63,666 bases of DNA. Origin: an uncultured Verrucomicrobiota bacterium (GTDB taxonomy: Bacteria; Verrucomicrobiota; Verrucomicrobiia; Limisphaerales; JAYPEY01). The position numbers were made by a program, and so were the translations under genes. Position 1 is the first letter of the stretch. Each line of letters begins with the position of its first letter. The notes beneath the pieces were generated by a model. The model ran no database searches and was not told the origin of the DNA. It saw only the letters and a list, made by a program, of their open reading frames with translations. Below, in pieces: positions 42,001-45,000 of this stretch. The stretch spans positions 1 to 63,666 of the forward strand of contig CAZFLK010000012.1 in assembly GCA_964519245.1 (NCBI GenBank). Direction: 5' to 3'.

Positions 42001-45000
42001 GTGCAAGTAGCGGAAACATCCCTGGGCTCCATTGGTATCGACTCCGATGCGGACCTGACGGCGCTTTCGGTGGATGCCCGCGGCTTGGGCAGCGATGTCA
42101 TGCTGACGACGCGGGTTGGCGGCGTGTTCGTTGATCGGGTGATCGCGACGGATCGCATCGCGGTTCTCTCGGCGGGAGCCATCGAGGAGTCCGGCTCGGA
42201 TCCGGACGCTGAGTTTGATGCGGTGACGCTCGGCTTGGGCGCGGTGGACGGCATCGGCTCCTTGGGAACCATCGAAACCATGGTCGATAACCTGACCGCG
42301 GCGACGCTCTCAGGCGGGGTCGACCTCATGAACACGGGCGCCTTGATCGTCAACAGCGCGAATGTCATGGCCTCCGGCGGCATTTCCATCGTGGCGACCG
42401 CCGCGGTGACCGTGGTCGGCAATGTGAGCGCGCCGGATGCGATCCTGCTGCAGGCCGGCGAGATCAGCGACGCGCCGGTGTGGGCGGATGATTTGACCGT
42501 CCGCACAGGCGTCACCGTGCAATCCACCGGCGCGGGCGTCACGCTGCGGGCGGGCGACGACGTCTTGCTGGAGGCCGGCTCCTTTATCCGGGGCGCAGGA
42601 ATGGTCACGATTGCGGCCGGTTACGCCGACCTGGACGGCGGCGCGGAAGCATCGCTGCTGGGCACGATCGTCGCGGACGGCGGGTTGGGCGTGACCGCCT
42701 TGGGTGATCTGATCGTGGGCGCAATCGTGGCGGACGGAGCGGTCGTTTCCCTCGATACGCAGAATGGCGCCATTCTGGACGGCAACGGCGCTGGAGTTGT
42801 CAACGTGACGGCCGCAGGCCTGGTTGGCGGCGCGGCAACCGGGATTGCCCTCGATACGGCTGTTTCGAGCCTCGATCTTGATTCGGATGGCAACGACATC
42901 GAAGTGGTCAACACCTCGGCCACCGCGTCCACCGCCAACCTCCTGGTTGCCGGAATGGGGCGCATCAAACTCGACCAAACGGGCGGCGGCGATCTGAGTG
43001 TCGATTCGGCGCAAACCGGCGATGGCGATATTCTGATTGTCCTGGATGAAGGGGCTTTGGCCGTGAAGAGCGTCATCGCTGGCGCGGACGGCAATGTGCT
43101 GTTGCAGGCCGGCGATGCGCTGGTCCCCGGATCTTCGTCGATCGAGATACTGGATGCGGTCACCAGCTCCGGCGGTCATATCACCCTGCGCTCAGCGAAT
43201 GCGGTCACCCTGAACGCCCAGACGACGATTGCCACCCTCGGCGACGGAACCATCGATGTGCTGGCGGCCGGCAATCTGGAGCAGCACGATGACAGTCGTT
43301 TCGCTGCGGTTGATGGCGACGTGGCCTTGTTTGCGAACCGCATCCTGTTGGGCGGCGTCTCAACCGGCGGCAACGTCGTCCTGTCCGCGAACGCCGTCGT
43401 TGATCAGGGCGACCTCGGCGGGGCGGATGTGGCGGCCGACGGATTGTTGGTCCTGGGCGGCGCCGGAGTCGACGTCGCCGCGGTCGACGCATTGGAAACC
43501 GACATCGCCGTCCTGGCTGGATCGCTCAGTTCCACCGGACTGTTCGTGACCGAGCTTGACGGCCTTGAGGTGGGCGTTGCCGGGGCTCTCACCCAGCGTG
43601 TCGGCGAGGACGGTCTGCTGTCGCCGAATACAACGACTTCGGTGACCGGTCTTGAGGTCCGGGGCAATCATACCGTCGCGCTGCGCTCGCTCTCCGGAGA
43701 CCTGCGGGTGGCGGAGGCGATCGGGCCCGTTGGCATGATCGTTCTGGGGTCGGGCGAACAGCCCGCCGGCGCCCTGCTCGAATCGGCCGCCGCAGACGCC
43801 GATGTCATCTTGTCGGCCGATGTCGAAATCGGCGGGCCGGTGAGTATCCTGGGCGGCCGCGAAGTCACCCTCGGCGGGAATTTCACTTTGAGCAGCGGAG
43901 CCTCCGTGGATGTGGAAGCGGGAACGGGTTCGGTGGTGATGGATGCGACTTCGAGCATTCTGAGCCCGCTGGCCGGTCACATTCGTATCGCCGCCATGAA
44001 CAACGTCGTTCTGGGAACGGTCGACGCTGGCGCGGGCAACGTCGGCATCACGGCCTACATCGGGTCCATTCTGGAGGCCACGGACCCCTCGGCGACTGCA
44101 ACGCACATTACCGGGGCGGCGGTAGCGCTCCGGGCCGGTAACTCAATCGGCGGCTTCAGCGTTCGGGAGTATCGCTTCGAGTTCTCCACGAACCTGCGGG
44201 ATTGGACCAGCTTGGCGACGGTTGTCTCGGCGGATGATCGGGTCGCCTACACGGCCCCGAACCCGGGCACGAGCTTCGGGTTCTATCGCGTGGTCCTGCC
44301 CGACGAGAATGCGACCACGGTCTGGGTGGCGCCGCAGGTTCTGCCCACCGGTGAGTTCCTGCTCGATTTGGATCGGGCGTTCGTCGGGCCGTTCCAGGGC
44401 ACGAATGCTCTTGAGGTCGAGGCGCAGACGCTCTCGGCGTCGGCGGGCGTGGGCGGTGTCAATGTGGTGGATGTTAGCGGCGTGGCCATTTCGGGCTCCG
44501 TGGTGAGCGTGGAGCGGGTCGGGGCCGATGGCGCGACGACGGCGGTCGTGGATTCGGCGTTGAACGGGGTCAGCACAACCGATCGCGGCTCGATTGTGAC
44601 CCGGACGGCCGCGGGCGACTTGACGGTCAATCAGGCGGTCTTCGCCGACGGCGATGGTCAGGTCCGCTTGGAAGCCGGCGGCCTGGGCGGCGCGCTCGAG
44701 ATCAATGCAAACGTCGCCTCGGTCTTTGGCAATATCAGCCTCTCGGCTGACTCGGGAGTCGCCCTCATGGCCGACGTGACCACCGGTCGGGACGGCGATA
44801 TCGATGTCCATGTTGCGAACGGCGGATTGACCCAGGCCGAGGGAACGACCGTTCGGGCTGTCTCCGGCGACATTCGGATCGTCGCCCAGAGCGACATTGC
44901 GTTGGCTTCGGTGGCCACGGACGCCAATGTCAGCATCACGTCGGCCATGGGCTCCGTGAGCGACGCCGGTGATCAGGCCGTGGATGTCCGGGCGTCCTCT

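Noticed and set aside
36106-42006. 1966-aa antisense ORF with repeats
   Set aside because: Mirror of the sense-strand repeats; no independent coding evidence.
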